In this document: positions 37,373-47,786 of the stretch, one piece after another | How the letters are laid out: each line of letters starts with the position of its first letter | How positions within the stretch are numbered: position 1 is the first letter of the stretch | Assembly: GCA_963575745.1 (NCBI GenBank) | Contig: CAUYUJ010000159.1 | Coordinates: 248,001 to 312,000 of the forward strand | Source of the DNA: Prorocentrum cordatum | Lineage: Eukaryota | DNA length: 64,000 bases | Direction of reading: 5' to 3' | Made by a program: the position numbers and the translations under genes | Notes under the pieces: generated by a model | Seen by the model: the letters and a program-made list of their open reading frames with translations, nothing else | Database searches by the model: none | What the model was told of the DNA's origin: nothing

Positions 37373-40300
37373 GATCTGCACTTGCTGCGCGTTTGCACTC
37401 AGTTGGTCTTCCCAAGCCAGGTGAAAAGATTATTAAAGTTGATGACGCTTGGGAGGCCCAACGTGTTCGGCATTGGTTGGCTCAGGTCATCCAGCAGGCG
37501 CGCCCGACTAGGCCAGCTCGGGCCAACTGGGCGGTCCGCTTGATACGTTTGATGTCTCGCCCTGTGCTCACGATACGCAAACGTTTTACCGACATCACGC
37601 GAGCCTTTCGCCAGACCGAGTTCACGGAACTCGGTCGCCTCAGCATGTCGGATTTTGCCGCTGCCGCTCGCGGTGATGATATGCAGCGAGCCCCTCAGAA
37701 CGGTCGCATGCCGCTACTCGCACAGTCTACCCCATACCGTGACACTTCTATGTTATCATGTAAGCGATGGCTTGGTACCCAGGGCCTGGATCGGAACATC
37801 TACCCGCCGCATCGCCCCCCTCGCCAACGCCCTACTCCGCAACCCACCCATGACGAACGACGTTATCATGACGTGACGGAGGCTCGCAAACAGCTTGAGG
37901 ACCGAGCCTCTGGAGGCCCATGCGGGACATGCTTTACGGTTGAAGACAAGGACCCAAACACGATTTGGCGGGTCAGCAGTATATATCAGCTAGCACGGTG
38001 GCTTTGTATGCTTCGTCGTGCCCATGATCGTTGGCGTGTGGTTAATACGTCGGTCGATGCTATGCTATCTTGGTATCGATTGCTCTATGACTACACCATC
38101 CCCAAGTCTATGCGTGCACGTGGGGAAGGGGCACTTAACCAAGGACATCTTCCCAACGTTTACAGTACGATTAAGTTGAAGTGCTGGGATGGAGGGGCCT
38201 CGGTACCCAATGGAGGGCGTCATAAATGTACTAAACCTCAACACAGTTGTTTTCGTAACATATGCAGCTTTGTCCGCCTCCCATCCCATATGTTGTATCG
38301 TTCCCTCAGCCGTGCTCTCACCTTCCTGGCGAACCAAGTGCATCCAGGTTGGGCTTTTACTTCTTTAGACACGGCAGTGCCCAGCTTTGTGGCGCAGTTC
38401 ACTCAGCTGACTTCCCACCCGATGGGCGAACCGTGCTGCTGCCGAGGGTGTGGCCGCCGCATGCTCAGCCCAGGTCTTGTGGTCGGGGATGCAGGCCAGG
38501 CTTACGAAGCCATCGCTCTCGACCGCATTTACGGCTGCCTTGATCGCCTGTTCGACCAGCTGGAGTCGGAGAAAAAACAACGCTGTGTTACGGTCATGCG
38601 TACTCAGCGATCTCATGTCTTCTTCGGTGGCGGAGCGGATCGGCGCCTGTGGGACCGTACTGTGTGGTCTCTTAAAAGTATCCGTCGTGCTCTTGGGGGC
38701 TTTCTAGGGATGAGATGGTTTGTCATCTGTGGCCTCGTCGTTCAACAAGTTAGGGGCATCCTGATCGGAGGCCCCCTCAGCGGGGCCATTCTGCACGCGG
38801 TACTGAGTGATTTAGAGTTCCAGGCTGACAAGAAGTTCCCCAGGCGTCGTCGGCATGTGGCTACAGGCAGGTACGTGGATGACATTATACTAGCGTCCAA
38901 GGTGCGCTGCAGTCGGTGTCTTAAACGTATGGTCCATCATGTCTATGGCTGCACGGTAAAGTTTGATTTCACCGACTCCGTATGCCCTAATACACGCACA
39001 GTCGCAGTTCCCCACCTCGAGGCCACCTTCTTCCTCACCCTCACTACCGCCCACACGTACATCATACACAAGAATGAGGCGTATGCGTTCACAGGGAACA
39101 TCACGTCCCTCGCTAAGCAGTCTATCCTCCCGTTTCTAGGCTCGTTCACTCCTAATCAACTTCAACAGCACCGAGCCGAACTGCGTGGACGTTTGCAACG
39201 CTGGAGAAACTTAAAAGTGTGTGCGTTCAATTGGTTGATTCTGGTATCTACTGATGTTTTGATGTATCTTCGGTTGGGTTATCATGAGAAGCATATTCGA
39301 AGGATTTGGCATTCTATAGCACCACCTTCTAAGTTTATGGAAATAAGCCAGACAGCGATCCAACTCGTACTCTACACTTCCAGAAGTCTGCGAACCCCAC
39401 CCGAGTTGCTTGTAGCCCTTTCCTCTCAAAGCCTCCCGAGCCAAGATTCGTGCCCACCCTTGAGTGCACCTTCGAGCTTGACCCAGCCCTCACCCGTGCC
39501 GATGTTCAGTTCGTGGCGCAACAAGGGCATCGGCAAGGGCGGCAAGTCTGGAGGCGCGGGTGGTCCGTATGGTGGCCCACGCGCCCCACGCTACAGCGGC
39601 CCCCAGCAGCGGAACTGGGGATACGATCGTGGCGGCGGTGGTGGCGGCCAAGGCTTCGCGGGCATGCTTGGCCAGATGACCTCAGTCATGGACAACATCG
39701 CTGCCCTGGGTGAGCTTACGCGGGTGGGTCACGCGCTCTCGCAGGCTCAGCAGCCCCACCCCCAGGGTAGTGGCTCGACGCCCCCAGCCTCGGGCACGGC
39801 GGCAGTACCGGGTGCAGCTGAGCCCGCAAGGGATCTGGTCAAGGCGCTGACTGAGGTCCTGCAGACCAACGCTCCAGGGGATACCAGGCTCCAGCAGACG
39901 GTGGAGCGCTTGCAAAGCCTCGTTGGGACAGGTACTCCAGTGTCAGGATCAGGCTCGCAAGCAGCGTCTGGTGCAAACTCCCTGGAGTCCAACCCTGTGA
40001 TCCAGCAGATGCGGGCCAGCCTCACCAGCATCCAGGCGACAGTTGATCAACATGGTCAGCAGATTTCCTCCCTTACCTCTACTCTTTCTTCGACAGCCGA
40101 GGACTCACGTGCGACCCGTGAGATGATGGAACGCATGTTGGGAACGCCGCAGCAGAATCGGGAGACCCTCCTTACCCCACCAAGGCTCTTGCGACAGACG
40201 GAGTCTCCGCCTGGCCCTGGACCCTCAGCTGTACCACCACGTGCACCTACGGCCGCTGAGGAGGGACTTGCTGATGGCACCCCGCTGTTCAGCCCCATGA

Positions 40301-40611
40301 TCAATGCGGCCACCCACAGCTCCGCACTGGAACGGCTTGGGATCAGCGCCACGCGCGCCAACATGGCCCAGCTGGCCCAGGAGATCACGATGAGCGAGGG
40401 CGCATCCCTTCCTTTCGCGGAGTGGTGGACCCAGGCTTCGAGGTGTAAGTCTGTGGGACAATGGGGTACCAAGCTTCAGGCCTTTGGCCTGCCGCAAGCT
40501 GAGCTTGCCAACATCAGCAGTTTCAACAAGGTGGGTCAGATGCTCTTCGCCCACCTGCTGAAGAGTGGTGCGTGGGCTCAGACTGACCAGCAGTATACCC
40601 TCCTTCAATGA
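37324..40611 (+). CDS. PLE reverse transcriptase with fused 369-aa Gly-rich/coiled-coil C-terminal extension
   Basis: RT motifs as listed for the element (YVDD 38872-38883). Cys/His inserts KCW..HKC..HSC and CCCRGC. The extension begins at Met 39502. Confidence 0.85.
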   Translation: MGIQYLFPHWMDRIRVRSALAARLHSVGLPKPGEKIIKVDDAWEAQRVRHWLAQVIQQARPTRPARANWAVRLIRLMSRPVLTIRKRFTDITRAFRQTEFTELGRLSMSDFAAAARGDDMQRAPQNGRMPLLAQSTPYRDTSMLSCKRWLGTQGLDRNIYPPHRPPRQRPTPQPTHDERRYHDVTEARKQLEDRASGGPCGTCFTVEDKDPNTIWRVSSIYQLARWLCMLRRAHDRWRVVNTSVDAMLSWYRLLYDYTIPKSMRARGEGALNQGHLPNVYSTIKLKCWDGGASVPNGGRHKCTKPQHSCFRNICSFVRLPSHMLYRSLSRALTFLANQVHPGWAFTSLDTAVPSFVAQFTQLTSHPMGEPCCCRGCGRRMLSPGLVVGDAGQAYEAIALDRIYGCLDRLFDQLESEKKQRCVTVMRTQRSHVFFGGGADRRLWDRTVWSLKSIRRALGGFLGMRWFVICGLVVQQVRGILIGGPLSGAILHAVLSDLEFQADKKFPRRRRHVATGRYVDDIILASKVRCSRCLKRMVHHVYGCTVKFDFTDSVCPNTRTVAVPHLEATFFLTLTTAHTYIIHKNEAYAFTGNITSLAKQSILPFLGSFTPNQLQQHRAELRGRLQRWRNLKVCAFNWLILVSTDVLMYLRLGYHEKHIRRIWHSIAPPSKFMEISQTAIQLVLYTSRSLRTPPELLVALSSQSLPSQDSCPPLSAPSSLTQPSPVPMFSSWRNKGIGKGGKSGGAGGPYGGPRAPRYSGPQQRNWGYDRGGGGGGQGFAGMLGQMTSVMDNIAALGELTRVGHALSQAQQPHPQGSGSTPPASGTAAVPGAAEPARDLVKALTEVLQTNAPGDTRLQQTVERLQSLVGTGTPVSGSGSQAASGANSLESNPVIQQMRASLTSIQATVDQHGQQISSLTSTLSSTAEDSRATREMMERMLGTPQQNRETLLTPPRLLRQTESPPGPGPSAVPPRAPTAAEEGLADGTPLFSPMINAATHSSALERLGISATRANMAQLAQEITMSEGASLPFAEWWTQASRCKSVGQWGTKLQAFGLPQAELANISSFNKVGQMLFAHLLKSGAWAQTDQQYTLLQ

Positions 40612-40629
40612 GCGCCCGCCCCAGCTCCC

Positions 40630-41049
40630 ATGAAAGCTTCTGTTTTTGACACTTCTCTGCTGGCGACGTGGAACGATGTGGTCTGGCCAATGATACGCCT
40701 CTTCTTTGTGCTGGTGCCCCTCGTTATCTTTGGTTGGACGGCTTACCAGGCGTGCCTCTTCGTTGGCTTCGCTCGTTTTTCGGCAGAGGAGATTCTCACT
40801 TTCTCTATTCAACGTGTGGTTGCCATCGTTCCCTTCCTGGCGATCCGCGTACTTGCCTCCCTTACGTGGCCAGGACTTGGATCGTGGGCTAGTTCTCTAT
40901 TGACGGGTACCTTTGGAGGCTCTGACCCAAACACTGAGACCCCACATATTCTGGACCTCCCCGTGTACGGTGATCGTGAGAAATGGGCTTGGTTCGCGGC
41001 GGTGGTGCAGCCTGTCCTGGTGGGGCTCTGTGCATGGCTCCATCACTAG
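40630..41049 (+). CDS. 139-aa predicted multi-pass membrane protein inside the PLE
   Basis: AUG 18 nt after the RT stop; about three hydrophobic Trp-rich segments (aa ~17-48, 63-93, 119-137); ends 150 nt before the 3' pLTR. Confidence 0.6.
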   Translation: MKASVFDTSLLATWNDVVWPMIRLFFVLVPLVIFGWTAYQACLFVGFARFSAEEILTFSIQRVVAIVPFLAIRVLASLTWPGLGSWASSLLTGTFGGSDPNTETPHILDLPVYGDREKWAWFAAVVQPVLVGLCAWLHH

Positions 41050-41199
41050 ACCCGTGAACCTATTGCCTATCATGCCTCTCCTCTCCGCTAATCTTCTGAG
41101 TGATGCCTGTTGCAGGTGTGTGATAGCTTCTGCCTTACGTCTGAGGCTTGAGTACTGTCGCAGCTGTCTTTTCCCTCCCCTGACCTGTTTGGACGGGTT

Positions 41200-41643
41200 G
41201 TGTGTGTGTGTGTGTGCGTTTCAACTTTGACAATCATTGGAGACATCATTTTCGGCTCCTGCGAGCTAGGGGATGTCTCGGGGCCAGCCACACATGCAGT
41301 ATGTGCGTAGCTAGATTTCAGATTGTCTGTATGCATGCTCCTTAGTTTATGTGCGTAGAAAGATTCCAGGTTGTCTGTATGCATGCTTTCTTTAGTTGCC
41401 CTCTCAGTCCGCCTCACACGCACCATAGCTTTTCATCTCGAGCCTCCGCTGACGGAGGGTTTAGGGCGCCGCTCAAGGCCCGAGGGCCGCAGAGATTCTC
41501 GGTCCTCCGTCACCGCAGGCACGGTTCACACGATCGCTCGAGGAAAAGGGTTTGATCTCTACTGAAGGCCACAGCTGGAGGAGGGTCGACGCCAGGTACC
41601 GTGAGCAATACGTGATATTGAACGAAACTCATCACAAGTGTGT
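41200..41643 (+). repeat. 3' pseudo-LTR of the PLE
   Basis: Direct repeat of 35095-35538; runs into (GT)8 at 41638-41653. Confidence 0.95.
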
Positions 41644-41963
41644 GTGTGTGTGTTGGTGAACAGTCGCGCACGAGCGCGCTCGCAATGCTCGTGTCCCAGC
41701 CCCCCTACCCTGCCTCGGCTGCGCCCAAGATTCAGGTCCCTCCTTGTCTCGCCTGCGCTCAAAGATCGCCCATCCTTCCCCTGCTCTCCCGTGCCGCCCC
41801 CCTTGCGCGGACGACGGATGGACGACGCTGCACAACACCGAACAGCAAAGGGCGAACGCCGAACGACTGGCGACGACCGAGCCCCGACCGAGAAAGGTCC
41901 GGCCTGCGGAAGGAGACCTGAAGATCCGCTACAATGCCTCCCAGAAAATGGAGCGGGGCTGGA

Positions 41964-42098
41964 GTCGGCGGTTCAAAGATGGGGTCCTGAGGGATGGGGC
42001 CCTAAGGATAGGAAGAGATCCAAGCGTGAATTTACATTGTTTGAGTCACCTCGTCCTTAGGACCCCATCTCTCAGGACCTCATCTTTGAACCGCCGAC
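41964..42098. mobile_element. 135-bp MITE with ~45-bp TIRs and a 3-bp TSD (GGA)
   Basis: gtcggcggttcaaagatggggtcctgagggatggggccctaagga / tccttaggaccccatctctcaggacctcatctttgaaccgccgac, with gga on both flanks. Confidence 0.8.
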
Positions 42099-43265
42099 GG
42101 AGAACAGGTGCTCCTGGTCTCGGAACCGATCCGGGCATCGCATGCTTGGATTTTCTGTCACAAGCTTCCCGTCGCACTCCCCGAGGCGGCCGTTCTTGGA
42201 GGGCCCGGGCGCAGGCCCGCGGCGAGACGCCTCCGCCCCCGGAGTCAGCCTTCCAAGAGGCTGGAGAGGTGGCGGGAAGCTGGCGTCTCGGGCACGACTC
42301 CGAGAGGAGCGGGCGCGCGAGCGCGCGCACGCACAGCGGGGGCGTCTCCGAAAGGGGGGGGGCTGTCCAAGAGGGGGAAGGTCGCAGAACATGGCCCGAG
42401 GCATCTGCACGGAACCTTGAGGGGGAGGAGGAAGAGAAGGAGGAGGAGGAGGAGGACGAGGAGGACGAGGAGGAGGAGGGGGGCATGCCCCGAGCAGTGC
42501 GGTGATGCGCCACAGAAGCCTGCGCTCTCAACCTGGATCGGGAAGCTCCCCCATCTGCCACGGGGCGGCCCATGGGTCCCTGCGTGGATAATTAAGCATC
42601 TGCACGGAAGCCCCAAGCCAAAAAGGAGAACGAACGAGCGAGGGAGGCGACACAGAGTGAGAGAGATATAAAGCACGAGGCATGGCGCGGCTACGTCTGG
42701 TGCGGAAACCCTCATCAATTCTCGCGAACGTCCAGGACAAAGGGGGCCAGGGGAAATACTGAACAAAAAGAGGGCGCCATGACATCCAGGGTGACATCAT
42801 CGCCCCTGCCATGATATCCGCCCGCCCCTGGTCATCACCACCGTCTTGGCCGCCCCCGAGAACACTTCGAACCTCAATGCTCTGGAGCACTTTAGCATGA
42901 AAAGAAGAAGTCCTGAGGGAAATGGGTCCTGGTCCCCGGGGCCTTCCCCCGGGACGAGAATTTCATCCTGATCGTTTTCTGACAATCCCGGGGCCCGTGG
43001 AGGGGGAACAACTTCAGGACCCGATTTTTGACGAAGCCAGGACGCGGACAACATCGGGTGAGGATAACTCGAGGATCTCTGTGATCAGGCGGCAGTGGAG
43101 GATGTCTCGGGCGACGCGGCCTTGTCACAGCGGTCCGGAACGGTCTGGAACAGATTTTTCGTCGTCCTTGCCCCGTCCGATCCCAGGGCCCGTGAAGGGC
43201 CCTCGGGAAACCGGAAGCGGCGAAAAGCCTCGGGACCGATGTCCCTGGGGGGCCCATTCCTTCAT

Positions 43266-43412
43266 TAGAAAAGAAAAAGCACTATAGACATGAACTCTTG
43301 GCGCTCGCGCGGATTTCTTGGATCTGACCTGGCCCCCCCTCCCTGGCGCGCGGAGCGCGCAAGGGGCGGCGCCGGAGGCGCCGCCAAGGGGGGCCCCGCC
43401 CGAATCAAAGCT
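43266..43412 (+). mobile_element. Family T palindromic element, copy 4 (right arm truncated)
   Basis: tggcgctcgcgcggatttcttggatc left arm plus the twin GGA-loop hairpin core. Confidence 0.7.
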
Positions 43413-43699
43413 CTAGCCTGGCCCCTCCTCGTATCTCGTCCTCCTCCTCCTCCTCCTCCTCCTCCTCCTCCTCCTCCTCCTCCTCCTCCTCCTCCTCCTC
43501 CTCCCCCTCCTCCTCCTCCTTTTGCGCCGCCCTGGGGGGCCCCGAGTCCGGTGAGGCCCCCGGGCAAGCGGGCGGCGCGCCGCGCGCGCCCGCGCCCAGC
43601 GGCCGCCGCCCGCTGCTGGCGCTGGCGCCAGGCCGCCGCCGCCGGCGGGCCGCCTCCGCCGCTGGGCCGCCGAGCGGGCGCCGCTGAGCCGCCGCGGGG

Positions 43700-45284
43700 C
43701 CGCCGCCGCCGCCGGGGGCGCCGCCGCCGCCGCGCAGCGCCAGCGCCCTCCTCCAGCGCCGAAGCCGCCGCGGGCCGCGGGCCAGGCGGTTGTGACGTTG
43801 GGGGTCTGAATCACCCCCACGCCTGGCCCGATGTCGCGCCCGCGGCGGCGGCCGCCGCAGCCTCCAGCAGCCTGCTCGCGGGCACCCCGCTGCCGCCGCC
43901 GGCGTGGCCCAGCCCCCAGCAGCTGGATCAGACGCCCAGCAAGAACAGCCTGCATGGCCTGCTCGGGAGCCTGGCCCTCGAGGGCAAGGACGAGCACCTG
44001 CGCCAGCGCGAGCTTTCCCTTTTCGTGGCCGCGTAGGGCCGCCCAGTGCTCGAAACGAGCGCCAGACAGCCGGGGGCCAGTGGTGCGGGTGCTTCCCAAG
44101 AGCGCCCCCTGCTTTCTCAGCGGCGTCGGCCTCCCACGGCGCAGGCGGCGCCGCGAAGGGCGGCGGCGGGTCGGGTCGCTAGCGGCCGGCGCTGCGAGGA
44201 AGAAGGCGGCGAGGTCGCGGGCCACGCCGGGCCCCGTCGCCAGCTTGCTCGGCCCTGCGGCGGCCGCGGCGGCACGGCCTACCTCGCCAAGCACGATGAG
44301 CTCGTGCGTGCGGCGCGCTAGTGTCTCAGGGCTGCGGTGTGTCTGGCGGTCGGCGGCGGGTTCTCCCGGTCGCGCCGTTGCTGCCCACAGCGCTGCCCAC
44401 TCGCCTGCCCAGGCCTGGCGGAGCCGCCAAGGCAGGCCAAAGCAACACTTTAGCAGCAGACGGGCGACCCTTGATGCTGCTGACGGGCGGGATGGCGAAC
44501 AGCAGCCGCGGCAGTAAGAGAAGCCGGGCCCAGGCTGCCTCATTCGCGGGTTCCGCGGCGCCACCGTGCGCAGGGCCGCCGCGAGCACGTCGGCGACTGC
44601 CGTGGTCAGGCTGGCCGGGGCTGCACTCCACGTCGGCACGGCCTCCCGCAAGGCACCATGCAGGTCGACGCTCGCCCGCCAGGCCAATCCCGGGAGCTCG
44701 CCCGCCTCCGCCGCCAGAGCGTGTCGCGCCCGAAGGTCGTTGTCCGGAGCGTCGGCGGCGGCTGGTGGGCCCGTCCGTGGCGGCGGCGCCATGCAGGCGA
44801 GGACCTCCGTGCGCGCCTCCTCTGGCAGCGCCGCGAGTCCTTCCACGCTGCCCGAGGAAATCCCGCCCGCAATGCACGCGGGGTGCCAGAAATGCCTGTC
44901 AGGGTTGGCCCGGCTCGCGAGCCGCACCGCATTCGGAACGAAGCCTTGGCAGCAGACATGGCATGCCGCGACGTACTTGCGCGGGGCCTGCAGGCTGGCG
45001 ACCCACGTGTGCACCCAGGAAGGGCGCCCGCCTGCCGGCGCGGGCGACACTTCGGCAGCAACGACGCCATGGTCGTCGCCAGGGGAGGCGTCGGGGGGCC
45101 GCGCGCGTGCCGTCGCCTCGCGCGAGGAGGCTGGGGCCGCCCCACTTGTCTCCTCCATAACCTCATCAGGAACAGCAGCACCAGGCGGGCCGCCGGCAGC
45201 AGCGGCGCCAGGGGCGCCACCAAGGAAGGCTGCCGGCAGCTGCGAGCTCGCCGCTGCGTCGCGCTCGGAGGCGGGAGTCCCCAT
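43700..45284 (-). pseudogene. 5' part of a CRE-type (RLE) non-LTR retrotransposon ORF with an N-terminal PARP-like Zn finger; truncated in the RT
   Basis: YVAACHVC...RL...WHPAC; AWARLLLLPRLLF; AWAGEWAALW; GEVGRA; GPRLSGARFEH; LAGRLIQL. These match the pre-RT and RT domain 0-1 motifs of CRE-like elements. Confidence 0.65.
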
Positions 45285-45869
45285 GCGCGTATCTTCGTCG
45301 TCGTCCTCGTCCTCCCTCCTCTCTCCTCCTCCTCCTCCTCCTCCTCCTCCTCCTCCTCCTCCTCCTCCTCCTCCTCCTCCTCTTCCTTCTCCCTCCTCTC
45401 TCCTCCTCCCTTCTCTCTCGCCTTCCTGCTCGTGTGACTGTAGACCCAAGCAGACGAACCTGTTCGCAGGAGCGCCGCGGCGGCCGCGCGCTCGCAGGAG
45501 TGCCGGCCGGCGGCCCCGAGCGCGACCCGCTCACGGGCGGGGGCGGAGCCTTCGAGCCGTGGAGGCTCTCGAAGGCGAACTGCGCGGCCTCCGCGCGGAG
45601 GGCCCGCCCCGCGGACGGCGGCGGCGGCGGCGGGAGCGGGCAGCAGGTGAAGCTCCTCGTTCCTCCTCCTCCTCCTCCTCCTCCTCCTCCTCCTCCTCAG
45701 CCTCCTCATTCCACCTCCTCCTCCTCCTCATCCTCCTCCTCCTGCCTCCTCCTCCTCCGCCTCCTCCTGCCTCCTCATCCTCATCCTCGTCCTCGTCCTC
45801 CACCTCCTCCTCAGCCTCTTCCTCCTCCTCCTCCTCCTCCTCCTCCTCCTCTCTTGGTGGGGGTCGGGC

Positions 45870-47590
45870 GTGGGATATGATACTCTACTCGCCTGCGTGC
45901 CTCGCCATCCAGGCGGCCCAGGCTGCTCGCGTGGCGTCGGACCGACGCTCGCTGTTCCTGCAGGATAAGGATGGATGCTGTGATACCCCAGTCTTGTGGA
46001 AGCCGATGCTCGAGCTCATGCGGCTGAAGCCCAGCTCGGATTGGGGTGTGCATCACCAGAATGTACTGCGTGGCTTGATTGTTGGCTTTCACTGGTGCCA
46101 GCTTAGGCTATACCAGCATGAACCAACTCTTCCTGTGGAATGCCAGCTGTGCTCGGCTGGGTGCGGCAGTTTTTTTCATCGGGCGGTTATGTGTGCCACG
46201 CGCTGGAAGCCTGGAGGCGTGACAACCTCGCGTCGGCCCCCCGGGCCTGGCGCGAGAGGTTTTCAAGGGGCGTGTTTCCCGTTCTGGGGGTTCTCCTTCG
46301 GGAGGAAACCTTTCCAGCCTGATTGGCAATGCAGGTGGGTTGGAGCGCAGCCTCCCTTCCTGCTCGACGGCGGCTTTGCCTTCTGTGACGGCTCCTGCCT
46401 CGATGCGGATTCCCAACGGTGAGGGTGGCGGGCTGGACGTTCATGTTGCACAATACTCAGCATCAACTCATCGGAGGGCTGTACGGGGCAGTCCCGCCCG
46501 ACTTCGGAGTGCAGCAGTCCGCCGGAGACGAGGAGCACTACGCGGTGCTCCAACTAGCCGAGCACGCGCTGGGCACTTATTATGTTCTGATTGACTGTCG
46601 GTCGACAATCTCGTGCTGCCAGAAGCCTCGAGCCTCGCAGGCAGCGACTGATCCTCGAGCGCACCTCAGGCGCAGGGTGCACGCTCGCGAGGCTTGTGTG
46701 CAGAGAGACTTCGTGCATGTGAAGGCTTACACGACGGCCAGACCAATGCTGGAAAACAAGATTTCGGCCTTCCACCGCAAAGGGAACGCCCTCATCGACT
46801 CGTGAGTCAAGAAGGGGGCCGCCTTCGCTCGTCCGAACCTGTCGGCGGTGCACTTCTTGGAAGGGTGCAGGGCCGTCGCGTCTCAGGTGTGCAGGTTTGT
46901 GGCCAGGGTTTCGAAGCAGTTGGCCGACCTCGAGCTTCGTGACCACCTGGATTTGATGTACCTTAAGAGAACAAATTTAAAGGCTTGGCCCCCTGATGTG
47001 CCGTATCCTGAGTGCGACCCTGGTTCTGGGGGGGACTCCGATGAGCCTCTGGCAGGCTCGGAACCTGGGCCCTCAGGAGCTGCCGCTCCCAGGGGACCGT
47101 GGCTCATCCAGGACCACCAAGTGTTGGAGGCCGCCATTTTGGACGGCAAGTCAAAACCGATGCTGTATTACTCCTTGTGCTGGCAGTATGGTGTGTATCC
47201 CGGCCAGCGCGGGTTGATGGGACTGTTTGTTGGTCTTCGCCACCTCTCGGAAGGCCCTGGCCGCTCGCAATCGGCTTCAGGGCTCCCAGCACCCGACTCG
47301 TCCCGATGTGGCCCTGGGGGATGGTCGGATGGTCGCCCGCAGTCGGTGTCGACTCGGGCCCGCTGGGCGGGCCACTTCGGGGAGTCGGTGGAAGGGGAGC
47401 CCGTGGCGAGGGGAAAGATCCCACGCTTCTTGCCGCAGGGCCCCCTCTCCGCAGGTGGACCTTGTTGCGAGTCTGCGAGCGCTTGGATTCGCCGACCGCG
47501 AAGAGGCGGAGCGGATCGGCCAGCACGCACCCGAGGCCAGGGCCGAGCGCACGAGGAGCGCGGCCGAGCCTGAAGAGGCCCCGGGCTTAG
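45870..47590 (+). pseudogene. 5'-truncated LINE fragment: Zn-finger + RNase H + tail
   Basis: CQLC..G.GSFFHR..C; FCDGSC...RVAGW; QSAGDEEHYAV; LIDC; HVKAY; GNALID. Frameshifts and stops present. Confidence 0.75.
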
Positions 47591-47786
47591 CTTCGGGGGG
47601 CGGGGGGTGCTCTGTCGCAGGACCCGCCCGAGGTGGGTCGCAGCCTCGCGGGGACAAACATGTCTCCTCGGATGAGCACCGCACCCCTTTTCCCCCCTCT
47701 TCTCTCCCCCTGGCTCCTCCCTTCATTGGCGTTGAACCTCCTCCTCCTCCTCCTCCTCCTCGTGCCTTCCCCTCCGCTCCTTTTCC

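Larger units (their letters stand above)
35095..41653 (+). mobile_element. Penelope-like retroelement with N-terminal GIY-YIG endonuclease (Naiad/Chlamys-type domain order), pseudo-LTRs and accessory ORFs
   Basis: 444-bp direct repeats, (GT)8 on both flanks, GIY-YIG upstream of a PLE-type RT (EDKD; K...FRNI; GDAGQAYEAI; QVRGILIGGPLSG; RYVDD; PHLE; LGY). No integrase, protease or APE. Confidence 0.88.

Noticed and set aside
35095..41643. LTR retrotransposon or DIRS interpretation of the direct-repeat element
   Set aside because: No protease, integrase, RNase H or tyrosine recombinase is present. The RT motifs (DK, G..IGGPLS, RYVDD, LGY) plus GIY-YIG are PLE-type.
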